Source: Tubulanus polymorphus
Lineage: Eukaryota > Animalia > Nemertea
Assembly: GCF_964204645.1 (NCBI RefSeq)
Contig: NC_134036.1
Span: 9,031,859-9,095,858 of the forward strand
Length of the DNA: 64,000 nucleotides
Reading direction: 5' to 3'
Shown here in pieces: positions 1-11,500 of this stretch; position 1 is the first letter of the stretch; each line of letters starts with the position of its first letter. The position numbers were made by a program, and so were the translations under genes. The notes under the pieces were generated by a model. That model was not told the origin of the DNA and searched no databases. It saw only the letters and a list, made by a program, of their open reading frames with translations.

Positions 1-67
1 GTAAGTTTTCTTTAATCAACAAATATTCTGTATTCTTTTAATTCCGCCATTTATTTTACATATTTTC

Positions 68-421
68 TTATTCGAAATCCATTTCATGGTGCCCTTTTTC
101 ATTCTTACCTTTGTATACGAAATAGAAATCTCCAGAACATAATTCTTCTAGATCTTCACTTGATAATCTATGAAATCTATCTGGTAAATATGTTCCGAAT
201 TTATATGTATTTCCTTTTAATCCTTCATATTCTAAGTGTATAACTAATTTATCTCCATATTTGTTAGTAACTGTATCAATATTTGTAATTAGATATTTCT
301 TATGGATTATTAATTCTTTTAACTTCTTAAATTTATAATCTACTGATTTGACATTTGAAGTATCTTTTCTTCTATCTAGAAATAATTTGTTGTTCTCACT
401 GTTTGCTTGTTTACTCTCCAT
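68..421 (-). CDS. Small Polinton accessory protein, 117 aa (possibly OB-fold/ssDNA-binding-like)
   Basis: Intact ORF directly downstream of PolB, with start context TATAAATG. The pattern FKKLKEL..KYLI...TNKYG.K.V......TYLPDRF resembles small ORFs I recall from animal Polintons. The function is inference. Confidence 0.55.
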   Translation of the reverse strand: MESKQANSENNKLFLDRRKDTSNVKSVDYKFKKLKELIIHKKYLITNIDTVTNKYGDKLVIHLEYEGLKGNTYKFGTYLPDRFHRLSSEDLEELCSGDFYFVYKGKNEKGHHEMDFE

Positions 422-450
422 TTATAATACATATTTTTATTAAAATTTGA

Positions 451-1055
451 TTAACACGTTAGAATTCTTTCCATTATCTCGTTCTCTTTTGTTTCTTCTC
501 TTTTAAATTTTAAGTATTCATCTAAATTGCAACCATAAGCAACTGTATGAATTCCATCATCTAAAATGTATCTTTTATCATCAAATGGATTCAAACTTAT
601 CTTCTCTATCTCTTCAATAAACATTTCATGATCTCATCTTATGTTTTCTAACTTCTTCATTGAATATACAATTGATGTAATCTTTGAAATGAATATTCTT
701 TTCTACTACACTTTTGGTTATTCCTTTTAACTTTTTAGCTTCATGTTCTTTAGTTTTATATGAATACATTTTAGATCTAATACCGATGAATTCAATCATT
801 TCTTCACCACCTAATTCATCCTTAAACTTCCCTGGAACTTTTTTGTTATCATTGCTAAACAATTCATGATTTTTAGGATAATTACTGAAATCAAAATGAT
901 GTTTTAATGTTTTTAAATCATCAGTTATGTTATTAGTTTTTATCTTTAATATGTAACTGTCAGTATCAACATATAAGATTTCTATATGTTTTTCTCCAAA
1001 AAGTGGTTGTAATACATTATAATAGAATTCATACATGAGTAATTTTGATAATTCG
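451..1055 (-). pseudogene. Protein-primed family B DNA polymerase (pPolB), C-terminal fragment, frameshifted
   Basis: Motifs ELSKLLMYEFYY, YVDTDS, GKFKDE, SKMYS and KLKG. After a frameshift at ~630 the protein continues DHEMFIEEIEKISLNPFDDKRYILDDGIHTVAYG to a stop at 451. Confidence 0.9.
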
Positions 1056-3141
1056 CCCAGCGATCCGTGAGTTCCGATTCGTGTCATTCACCGGCATGAA
1101 CAGTGGGGCGGCATTATTTCGATTGAGGGTCGGCCCAGTGACCGATTTGACTGCAAATTTTGTTCAATTCAAGAAGAAATGAAAGACCGTATGATCGAAA
1201 AACTTTGCGCCTAATTCGTAATCGTAGAAGTCCTGCAGACTGTTGATGTAATATTGTTGATGTAACGTATTTTATGTGATAATGTATTTTTCTTTTTATA
1301 TGTAGTTTGGTCGCCTGTTCTGAATGGGGACATTCTGGACTGGTGGGGGCTGTGTAGCGGAAATTCCTGTTAACTAGTTTAAAATGTTGTCGTTATAATG
1401 TATAGTTTCTTTTTTTTCCGCTGCGGAGCCCTCCTCATTTTTTTTTAATTGTAACGTTTTTGGGCGATGATTAGCTCGCCCCTTTCATTTTACATTCTGT
1501 GCACCTCATTTTCTCTGCATATAGTAATATAATTTATTTCAGCTTTTAATAATCAAAACTTTAGGTTGATCTCTTTTCGCTCTCACCTTATTTTACTAAG
1601 TTAGATCCCGATTTACTATTTGTACAGTCGTCTAAACTTTTAATCTCGGAACTTTTGCGCGGCGGCCATTTTTTGTGCTGTGTGACGTCATCCTCCATGC
1701 AAGGTGACGTCACACTGCGCGGAATCTATAAAAATGGGTCAGCGCGCGCAAATGATATATGGGACTAGCTCAGATATGTGATACGTGTTGTCCGTGAAAT
1801 GATTGTCCGTAAAATAAAGAAATGACCACTCGCGAATTTAGATATATGTGTTGAACGTTTATTATAACCGACTGGTCAGGATGAGTGTAGAGGTACGAAT
1901 GGCGACGATCGAGGGAGGGACCCTACTAAATTCTAAAATGATGGGAGTAGAGAATCTCACCGGCGGGATCGGATTTCCTTACCCGATATGGTAAACTGAC
2001 CGACGGTTCAACTCTCTACATGAAATGTATGAGGAGATGCAATGAAGATGAATCATGCACTGTAAAAACTAAGAACGCAGTGAACATACTGAGAACACTG
2101 AAATAAGGTGTTCCCGAACACTTTTCAATGAATTTGGAACATCATCGAGTGTTCTAAGCTGATTTAAGTGCAAAAGCTCGTTCTGATGAACGCTGAGAAC
2201 GGCTATGGAACGGCAAGAACACACCGATCACTCCACTAGAGCGTACGTGACTTTTCAAAGCGTTCTAGCACGCTTCACTGCACCTCGCTGACTGTGGAGA
2301 ATCATCTTTAGTAAGCTTTTGTATTCTTGATCTTATAATATTAATCGGCATTCATTGGAAGTAATTATGTCAGATCATGTAGGCCTAAACAAACAGTGCA
2401 TTTCACAGCCGGCGTAGGCCTAATAATCGCTCCACGATGCGCCATAAATGCAATGAATGAATGCGGCAGAAAATCTTTTGGGGGAGGCCTTCACCATAAC
2501 AGCGAGCTAAGTGAAGCCACATTTTTTCAGACAATTATAAGCGGCCGCTGCCTTGTGAATTAAAGTTTTATACCAAAAAATATTTTCCTCGGTGACTCCG
2601 CGCTGTTAATCAGGGCAGGGCTCGAACCTATGAACTAAAGCTGCAATCTCGCTCAAGAAAGTAAATTTGATTGATTTGACTTTTCTCAAGGTCGTTGAGC
2701 TTAAGCTGTCTGCTAAAAACGAACAGTCGCCAAAATTCCACATTCATTGCCTTAAGAAATTATAATTCGAGGCCTTTACGGGTATGATAGTTTACATCTC
2801 TGTAGGCCTAAATAAAAAGATAAAAGCTGCGGTGCATTTTATTGGCATGATGATATACTGAAACTGTGTTATTTTTCTTTTCAGTTTCTTTGCCGTTCAG
2901 CCATGCCCATGCAACGATATATTGCATTCCAAGATATTACTAGTTTTACGCGCATACTGGAAATTTGCTCTTATTTGAATTTTGACGTCAGCGATGAAGT
3001 GATTGATAGCCACTTTACCATATGCTTTTTTAACATAGGACAGTGCAACCTGATCCAGAATATTTGTGCCTATTATTTGATCGAATATCAAGTCATAAAT
3101 ACAACATTATCGTTGTAGAATCAGTACAGTAGAGAGTAAGT

Positions 3142-5674
3142 ATGGTCTATACTTGTAACTTATGTAACTTTTTTTTCAATAAGCAATGATGATTTTAAAA
3201 GTCACATCTTAAGAAAACATAGAAATGATCCACATTTCAAAATAACGTGTGATGCCTGTGGTGCCACCTATCATAATTATTTTTCATATCGTAGTCATTT
3301 TAAACGCCACCATGCCCATAGGGAAGAAGTTGACCATGAACCCGATGACATAGGCCTACCAGAACCGCAAAATCTCCAAATAGGCCTAAATGATGATCCT
3401 AGACCTGACTTAGGCCTAGTGGAACATGATATTCAACAAAATCAAAATGAACTCAATGTTGCAGCAGTTGACCAACTGAAAATGAGTGCTGGGCAATTCA
3501 TTCTAAAAATGAGAGCTGGCCATAAAATAAGTGCAAGAGCAACCTGTGAGATGCTTGAAACAGTCAGCCAGTTTACTGAAATTGTTTCTGAGTGTACTCG
3601 TGATAATATTCTTAGATTAGTTCCTGGACTGAATGAAGAACAAAAGAATTTGATTACTCATCACTTTGCTGAAAAGCAGGATGTATTTGCTGGGCTTCAA
3701 AGTACTTATATGCAGAACAAGTTCTTTAGAGATAATTTCTCTTTGGTTGAACCTGTGGAAATAGTGTTAGGTCATTATTTCAAAAAGGTCAAGGTTAAAG
3801 GTAGATATATTTTCAAGAAAGCCCCTGCTCTTGGCTATTTTATACCATTATTAGAAACTCTTAAATCAATTTTGAGTATACCTCAAGTAAAGAATTGTGC
3901 CAATATAAGTCATGCTAGTGAAGATCAATACATGCGAGACATGTGCGATGGTACTTATTTCAAAAACCATCCTCTGTTAAAAAAAAACCCGAATGCACTT
4001 TGCCTTCTTGCATACTGTGATGATTTCGAGCTAGCCAATCCGATTGGAACTCATGCCAAATTGCATAAAATAATCATATTCTATGTAGTTGTATGCAACA
4101 TTCCACCTGAATTACGATCAAAATTGCCAGTAATTCATCTTGTAGCTGTTACACTGAGAAAGTATATTGTTGGTCACAGGGACAGGCTTCAAAAGCTTCT
4201 TAAAAATTTTGTTGATGATCTAAACACTCTCTATGATGGGTACACATTCATCTTACCCTCCGGCATATATCGTACTAATGGGACTTTATTGGCATTCACT
4301 GGAGATACGCCTGCAGCAAATGAAATTGCTGGCTTTAAAGAAGGGGTTGGTGGAGCCAGCAAGCCTTGCAGACTTTGTGATATTCATAAGAATGACATGA
4401 ATGCTATATTCTGTCCCTCTGACTGCATGATGCGAGAAGAAGTTGAACATAGAGAGAGGTGTAATTACCTGAAAGAACTTAGTAGGGCTGATAGGCTTCT
4501 AATGAGTAGTGAGTATGGGATAAATAATGATTCTGTGTTGCAAGGTATCAATGATTTCCAGATAACGAAGTGTTTTCCTATGGATGTCATGCATGTACTA
4601 CTGGAAGGAATTTGCAATTATGAGACCAAATTATGTCTTCGACATATGGTATCTGATAAAAACATGAATGTTAGTGTTCTAAACAACTGCATAGCAAATT
4701 ACAGCTATTCTGAACTTGAAATGAAAGATAGACCTCAACCCATAGATAGAAAAACTCTTTTTGGTAATGGAAAACTAAATCAAACGTCTGAATCTATGCG
4801 GATATTAATGTATCATTTGCCATTCATTTTGAACGCTATGAACATACTAGATGATAGAGATGAGTATTGGAGTAACTGGATACGTCTTCAAAAGATAACT
4901 ATTCTGAGTTTATCCCCTATTATATCTGATGAAACTATTGCATTTATAGATATATTGGTTGCAGTACACAACAGAAAATTCGTAGAGATTTATCCCGATG
5001 AGAGCTATACGCCCAAATTGCACTATATGGTACATTTGGGGGATCAGATGCGAAAATATGGTCCTCTGCGCACACATTGGTGTATGCGCTTCGAAGGGAA
5101 ACATGGTTTTTTCAAAAAGATGAAATGGAACAATTTTAAGAATATTGCTCTAGTTATTGCGACAAAGCACCAGCAGTGGCTTTGTCTTCAGCAACTCGGG
5201 ACGGATGGGCAAAGATCCATGCGTTTCTTAAATGACGAAGATGACATAAAATTTGGGCACATAATGCATGAAGACGAAGACCATTTCAATGATATAATGA
5301 CATATTTAGTACGTGAAACACATAGATTGCAGATAGGTCCTTTGATGATAAGCCCAAAGATCGTCGTACATGGTCATATTTACATGCCTGACAACATTCT
5401 CCTTTTAGAATTCGATGAAGATGAATATCCCGTATTTTGTAAGATTACTAAGATTGTAGTTGTTCAGGAAGAGAAATACTTGCTACTTGATAGGTTTTTA
5501 GTCGAGAGGTATGATTACACTCTCAATGCTTATGAGCTTCGAGAGGATCACTCTTGTAGTAGAAATAAGATCTTGTCTGTTCAGGATCTCCAATTCCCTT
5601 GGGTACTGCCCCAAAAATGCTTTGGTTATAAGAGATATGTTTTACTTTGCTATAGTCCTCTCGTAATGTTGTAA
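3142..5674 (+). CDS. EnSpm-like DDE transposase with two N-terminal C2H2 zinc fingers; one frameshift in a T8 run at 3169-3176
   Basis: Motifs YCDDFE..NPIG, GDTPAA..GFKE..PCRLC, DVMHVLLEG, PKLHY and WCMRFEGKH. ATG at 3142 gives MVYTCNLC. Removing one T joins this to ...HILRKH...CDACG...HFKRHH and to ORF 3419-5674. Confidence 0.88.
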
Positions 5675-5742
5675 ACTGCTGTTGTTTTTATAGATTTTAT
5701 AGAAGGCTAGGTCACTGGATGTGGTGTGTCTGTCAGAAACTA

Positions 5743-5903
5743 CAGTGGAACCTCGTTACTTCATGAGACCAGAACATATGTTCATTATAACTGATAAATT
5801 TTGAATCCAGTAGGAAAAATTATAGGAGGTCAAATTATCCTATTTTGAACAGTTTGTAATAACCGATAAATCGTTATATCTGATGTTATAACGAGGTTCC
5901 ATG
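5743..5903. mobile_element. Tc1/pogo-type MITE
   Basis: TIR CAGTGGAACCTCGTTA / TAACGAGGTTCCATG, flanked by TA on both sides. Confidence 0.65.
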
Positions 5904-6035
5904 TATATCCAACTATCTGACTACTCCTTTAATGCTGGAATTTTTGTGGAAATATTTCTTATTGCTTAGGTAAACTGTCCGTTTGAAAAAGCAAGGTTTT
6001 CAATCTCACACTGACAGTGTCAGCTTTATTAAAAT

Positions 6036-9000
6036 ATGTGTTCGGTCGACAACAAAACCACACTTCATCGGTGCATAAATTCAGCAGGAAACAAAGTTTT
6101 CTTGATCGCGTCATCACTAAAAATGTTAAAAGATAAAGGTATGTAAGTCGATATTTGGTATTATGTAGTTCAAGTTCAAGTTCATGTAAATATACTGGTT
6201 TATTTAATCTTGTATAACAATATTTTTGGTTGTTTAGCTACGAAATGGTTATCTTCAAGTGAAGATGATCCACCGTCAGTGTACACCAGCGATGGAACTG
6301 AGATCTTCGACGAAGAGGTGTTTGAGGTGATTTCACAAACTGATACGACTCTCCTCATATTAAAGTCTGGTGAAACTCTGATCAATTATGGTGAGTATAT
6401 AGGCGTATATATTCTTAGAAATGGTGAATCATCAAATTATCACAAACTTGTAGTAGTTGTTTTAACTAATAATAATTCAATTATAATTTTTATTAGACGT
6501 CCATAAGAGTACTCTTCAACCTGATTTATCTTCGTCAACTGATACTGACATCAGCTCAGAAAGGTCTGATTTCATTGATTCGGAGGAATCGGCATCAATT
6601 GTGAGTATATCTTTTATATACTATCAATTATAACAGGGTTCCTACAGCCCCTCAAATCCCTCGAATAACCCTCAAATTTAGAATTGGTCATGTAGCAAGC
6701 CTGTAAAATCCAATATTTAAAGGAATTACCAAAACTAAGCGCTGATGTGGTGGATAAGCTATCAGCCTCTGCATCAGCTGCTGCCGCCGTTTGGGATGAA
6801 TGTGTGACTCAAATGGCATACGGTTTACTCAAGAGACCCGAGGGAATCTCGACATCAAGACAATATACAGAGGCATGCCAAGAACTCATAAAAAGATATC
6901 CCAATTTGGCCAGAATCTCAGCTGGTAAAGTTACAAAGCCTTGGGTAAGTAATCATTATATGATATTATAATTACATTATATTATATTATAACCTTTAAC
7001 TATTTGCATATTAATCTAAAACTTGGAATTTCAATGAAAAGTGATAGTTCATATCTCAAGTTGGATTCATCGAAGCAAAATCCTGAAATGTTTTTAAGGA
7101 AAAAGACTAAATACCGGTATATATGTTATAATTTTTAGCCCACTTGGCCGAAGGCCATTCGGTTAGTCCCTGTGGTTGGTTGCACAGTTTTGATTTAAGT
7201 CCAAAAGTTGTCTTAAATTTTAGAAGTGATCTTAGGTTGTTAGATTGGCTATAGAACTTAGTTGGTCTTAAGTCTTAGCCGTGACTATGCAACCGGCCCT
7301 GGGTCTTAGTGTGGTCTGGCGTGCGTGTGTCATATTTCTTGTGAACGCTCTACAGACCACAGTTTTTGGCCAATCGGCTTCAAATTCACATATATTGTGT
7401 ATGACCAAAACATCTCGGAGGAGTTTTATATTTGTATTAATTGGATCCAAGATGGCTGATTGGCGGCCATCTTGGTTTCTGAAATGTGAAATGAAATGGT
7501 CTATCATATGACCAAGCAAGGTCATCATATCATCCAATATGGCCGCCTGGTGACCATCTTGGTTTCTGAAAATGTACAATTTTGATATTACCTGATATAA
7601 TATTCCATGTAGATCTTTCATATTTCATATGAGAATGTGAAATAGAAGGGTCTATCATATGACCAAACTAGGTCTTCTTAGCACCTGTCCTATTGTGCTT
7701 CGATTTTGTTTGATTAAGGTGGCTTTTAAGAAATCGTTAAGTATGAAAGTGAGACACATTCGGCACTACAGAAAGAAGAGAGATAATACGTCAGCTAGCA
7801 GTAGTTACAGGAAGGCAGTTAAGGTTTCAGGTAATTTTATGAAATAATAGTTTAGTCGTACATGTATGTATTATTAATGAAATATGGTATGATATTAAAA
7901 CAGATGAATCTGTTTTAGCTTGCCGTGGTTTGAGTCGGGAGTCTCCGTCGTCGCCTGTTGGTGGTTTAGACGAAGACCGGAGTTCTTTCACAGCTTTTAA
8001 AGCGTCAGGTATTTATAAAATGAATAGTTCGTTGTTGTTCCTGATAAAATTCCAATCAAATTACCGCATCTAATTAGATGAGTCTCTTTTAGGTCGTTGT
8101 GGTTTGAGTCGGGAGTCTCCGTCACCTGTTGGTTTTTTAAACGAAGACTGGAGTTCTTGCAAAGCTGTTAAAGCATCAGGTAGTTATAAAATGAATAGTT
8201 CGTTGTTGTTCCTGATAAAATTCCAATCAAATTACCGCATCTTATTAGATGAGTCTCTTTTAGGTCGTTGTGGTTTGAGTCGGGAGTCTCCGTCACCTAT
8301 TGTTTTTTTAAACGAAGACTGGAGTTCTTGCGAAGCTCTTAAATCGTCAGGTATTTATAAAATGAATAGTTCGTTGTTGTTCCTGAATAAATTCCAATCA
8401 AATTACCGCATCTAATTAGATGAGTCTCTTTTAGGTCGTTGTGGTTTGAGTCGGGAGTCTCCGTCACCTGTTGGTTTTTTAAACGAAGGCTGGAGTTCTT
8501 GCGAAGCTGTTAAAGCATCAGGTAGTTATAAAATGAATAGTTCGTTGTTGTTCCTGATAAAATTCCAATCAAATTACCGCATCTAATTAGATGAGTCTCT
8601 TTTAGCTTGCCGTGGTTTGAGTCGGGAGTCTCCATCACCTGTTGGTTTTTTAAACGAAGACTGGAGTTCTTGCGAAGCTGTTAAAGCGTCAGGTATTTAT
8701 CTGAAATAATGGTTTAGTTGTATATATGATTGACGAAATTCTATTCAGATTATGGTATGATATTAAAACAAACGAGTCTCTTTTAGTTTGCGGTGCTTTG
8801 AGTCAGGAGTCTCCGTCGCCCGTTGGTGTTTTAGCTGAAGACCTGAGTCCTTCTGAAGTCTCAAAAAGTGGTAAGAATGATTCCAAAGTATATGAAATGT
8901 ATTAATGTGAATTGAGTTCAGATGCCTCTTTTCTTTAATCTCTTAGACCAAGCTGACCTTGCTATGTTAGGAGAAAAGCGATTGTTGGACCGACCAAAGA

Positions 9001-10540
9001 TATTCAAACTGATGAAGGCCACACTAGCGCAGCGTCGACAGGAAATAAGAAATTCAGGCGATATACTTTTCTTCACGCAAAAGTATAAATTTTTTCAACA
9101 TTTAGATTATGTGAGTGCAAATATCTTTGATTTTGAAATTTCCACATCAAATAAGATTTATTTGGTTGTAAAGTTTGTTTTGGATATTTTTAGATTTTCG
9201 AGGAATTTCATTTGATGGGATATGCAAGGGACTTTCTACATAATTTTTCTCAGAGATATGAATCAATGTTAGAAAAGTTAGCCACTTTGGCTATGATGAA
9301 TGGAGATATTAGCGTAAGTCGCCTAGCCCGATTGATGTTGATTTTTTAAATTACGAAGTACACTTTGAAGAGTTCTGCTTGGATAATGTAATCCTGCTAT
9401 TTTCATCTGTTAGCTTCAACATTTTGTCCATGTTTCAACACATGGCTAAATCTATATAGCTGCGTTCACACGACAACTAGTTAGACCGGTCTAAATCGGT
9501 CCGCACTGGGCCCACAGGATGTCGCCATGAGTATTTTACCCCAAAATTTATGTAAATGATCATAGATTTATGATTCCCTGGCAGTTTTTTATTTGAACAA
9601 TTTTGACGCAGTGTACCATATATCTGGACACATCAACCTATAATAGATTCTAGGTATTTTCCAGAACAATTTATAGGGATATCTATTCAAATATCAACAT
9701 ACGCTGAGATTTTAAGATAAATAATAATCCGTTAGCGTACACATTAATTTTAGGTAGTAAAGAAATTATATGAAATCTTAAAACTATATTAATAGGCTTG
9801 ATAAGTAATTGCTGACGATACAATTGAATTGATATTGCAGAGTACGATTTAGACCGGCTCCTAGTACCAGTTTCTCTCCACGGCACACACACAGATTTAG
9901 TTCTGTCCTAATTTAGACCCATCTAAATAATGTCGTCTAAACGCGCCTATACAGTATATGTATTCTAAACCTACGTATTTATCATTCTAGGAGGATCAGC
10001 ATCAGATTGCCTTGATTGAGTTTGTACACAAGGAAACAAGCTACAATTATTCACGTTGTATAATTTCCGTTGTTGACGTAAGTTCATTTGCCTAAGCTTG
10101 AGCTAATTATGAAAATATCTGGTACTTAAAATATTTCTGGTATTTAAAACATTTCTCTGACTTGAATTTAAGGATAGTCAAAATCTCATACAATGTTTTT
10201 ATGGTTACAGTATTGGTATTTTTAGGAAGTGGACTTTGGAAAGACCAGCAATTCAGAAAATTCAGCATTCCCAAGTATTGTTGTGGTTGGTGATGGGGTA
10301 TCGTATGCGCAATATTTTCTTTCTATCGGAACAGTGCTTATCGATTGTACCACCTACAAAGATCTATCCGGAATCAAGTTAGCATTACTGGCAACACTGG
10401 TATTGTACTACATTTTTGACCTGAACTATCCGAGACCTTTCAAGGAGTCCCTATCATTCTTTCAGGCAGTTCTATTTCAAGAAAATTGTCGTAAAGGCAA
10501 TAGAACGGCCAAATTATTCAGCCATTTTACATGTAGTTAA
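6036..10540 (+). CDS. Multi-exon accessory gene of the EnSpm-like element: CIDE-N-like N-terminus, repeated-exon linker, SAMD3-like C-terminus
   Basis: Phase-compatible GT-AG exons: 6036-6138, 6238-6390, 6497-6600, 6723-6944, 7719-7830, repeat exons 7904-8870, 8947-9110, 9194-9313, 9991-10077, 10226-10540. Exon 2 reads DGTEIFDEEVF..T.LLIL..GE. The last exon reads ALLATLVLYYIFDLNYP...LSFFQAVLF. Confidence 0.78.
7131..7690. mobile_element. Non-autonomous intronic insertion, Helentron/HINE-like
   Basis: Starts TTTTTAGCCCACTTGGCCGAAGGCC and contains CCAAGATGGC...GCCATCTTGG palindromes. A similar start (TTTTAGCCCACTT) occurs at ~62761. Boundaries are approximate. Confidence 0.4.
7904..8870 (+). 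repeat. Tandem exon-intron repeat, ~171-bp period, 6 copies
   Basis: Exon starts at 7904, 8078, 8249, 8420, 8591 and 8772. Each is a ~102-nt phase-1 exon (DESLLGRCGLSRESPSPVGFLNEDWSSCKAVKAS) followed by a ~69-nt GT-AG intron. Confidence 0.9.
9458..9948. mobile_element. PIF/Harbinger-like MITE in an intron
   Basis: Imperfect TIR AGCTGCGTTCACACGACA / TGTCGTCTAAACGCGCCT, with internal TTAGACCGGTCTAA palindromes. A related copy lies at ~42318-42599. Confidence 0.55.
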
Positions 10541-10592
10541 ATAATACATGTAGTTGAATTCCTGGAAAATCCAGCCTTGGTAAACTAATGAG

Positions 10593-10834
10593 TAGTTTGA
10601 GTAAAAATACAATATTAGAATTGAAATCTGACAGTGAGATTTAAAAGATCAGTTTGGTGGAGCAGATTTTGTGGCCTTTTAAAGTGAGAAGGGTCAGTGT
10701 GATTCTACGAGGCATTCATTAATTCATTCATCCTGACCCTACTCACTTTAAAAGGCCACAACATTTGCTCCACTTAGGCGATCTTTAATTTCAGGGTCAA
10801 ATTTCATCTTCAATAATAATTTTTCACTAAAACT
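10593..10834. repeat. Imperfect inverted repeat (~100-bp arms) 3' of the accessory gene
   Basis: GTGGAGCAGATTTTGTGGCCTTTTAAAGTGAGAAGGGTCAG pairs with CTGACCCTACTCACTTTAAAAGGCCACAACATTTGCTCCAC. Weaker pairing extends outward. Confidence 0.85.
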
Positions 10835-11129
10835 GTATGCTATAAAACTACATTTCTGTATTGGCGGTAACTGTTAGGAATTTCATTTCAGGGGATATGT
10901 AAGGGATTTTCTAAGTGATTTTTCTCAAAGATATGAATCAATGATTGAAAAGTTAGCCACTTTGGCTTGGATGAGTGGAGATATTATCATTTAGATGAAC
11001 TAGAAAATGCGCATTCAGAAAAGAAATAAACCTGGAAAATCGGCAGAATTTTGAATTTGCTTGAACTATATATGCTCTTCTTTGATTGTGTTTTTATTTC
11101 ACGCTTAAGGCTGAACTGTTCAGATATAT

Positions 11130-11500
11130 TATATTATGTTTTTTAGTGATGCAGACTGAGATGGTCAGATATATATTTTACCATGTGAATGACATGTGCT
11201 AATGCAGCTATTAAAAGGCAGCATTCTCTTAAAAAGAGCGTGTATGTATTTGATTTACGCTTATTGTGGCCAAATACATTGGTTAAGGATTTTGATTCAA
11301 TGGAGTTTGTGCACAAAGAAACCAGATACATTTTATTATGTTTTTTAGTGATGCTGACTGAGATAGTCAGATATATATTTTACCATGTGAATGACATGTG
11401 CTAATGCAGCTATTAAAAGGCAGCATTCTCTTAAAAAGAGCGTGTATGTATTTGATTTACGCTTATTGTGGCCAAATACATTGGTTAAGAATTTTGATAC
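11130..11500 (+). repeat. Tandem duplication, 202-bp period
   Basis: Near-identical blocks, for example ATGACATGTGCTAATGCAGC at 11189 and 11391. Confidence 0.9.

Larger units (their letters stand above)
1..1055 (-). mobile_element. Polinton/Maverick fragment (truncated at ~1055, continues beyond the left edge)
   Basis: Very AT-rich, tightly packed intronless minus-strand ORFs including a protein-primed PolB C-terminus. Composition changes abruptly at ~1055, inside the PolB reading frame. Confidence 0.85.
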
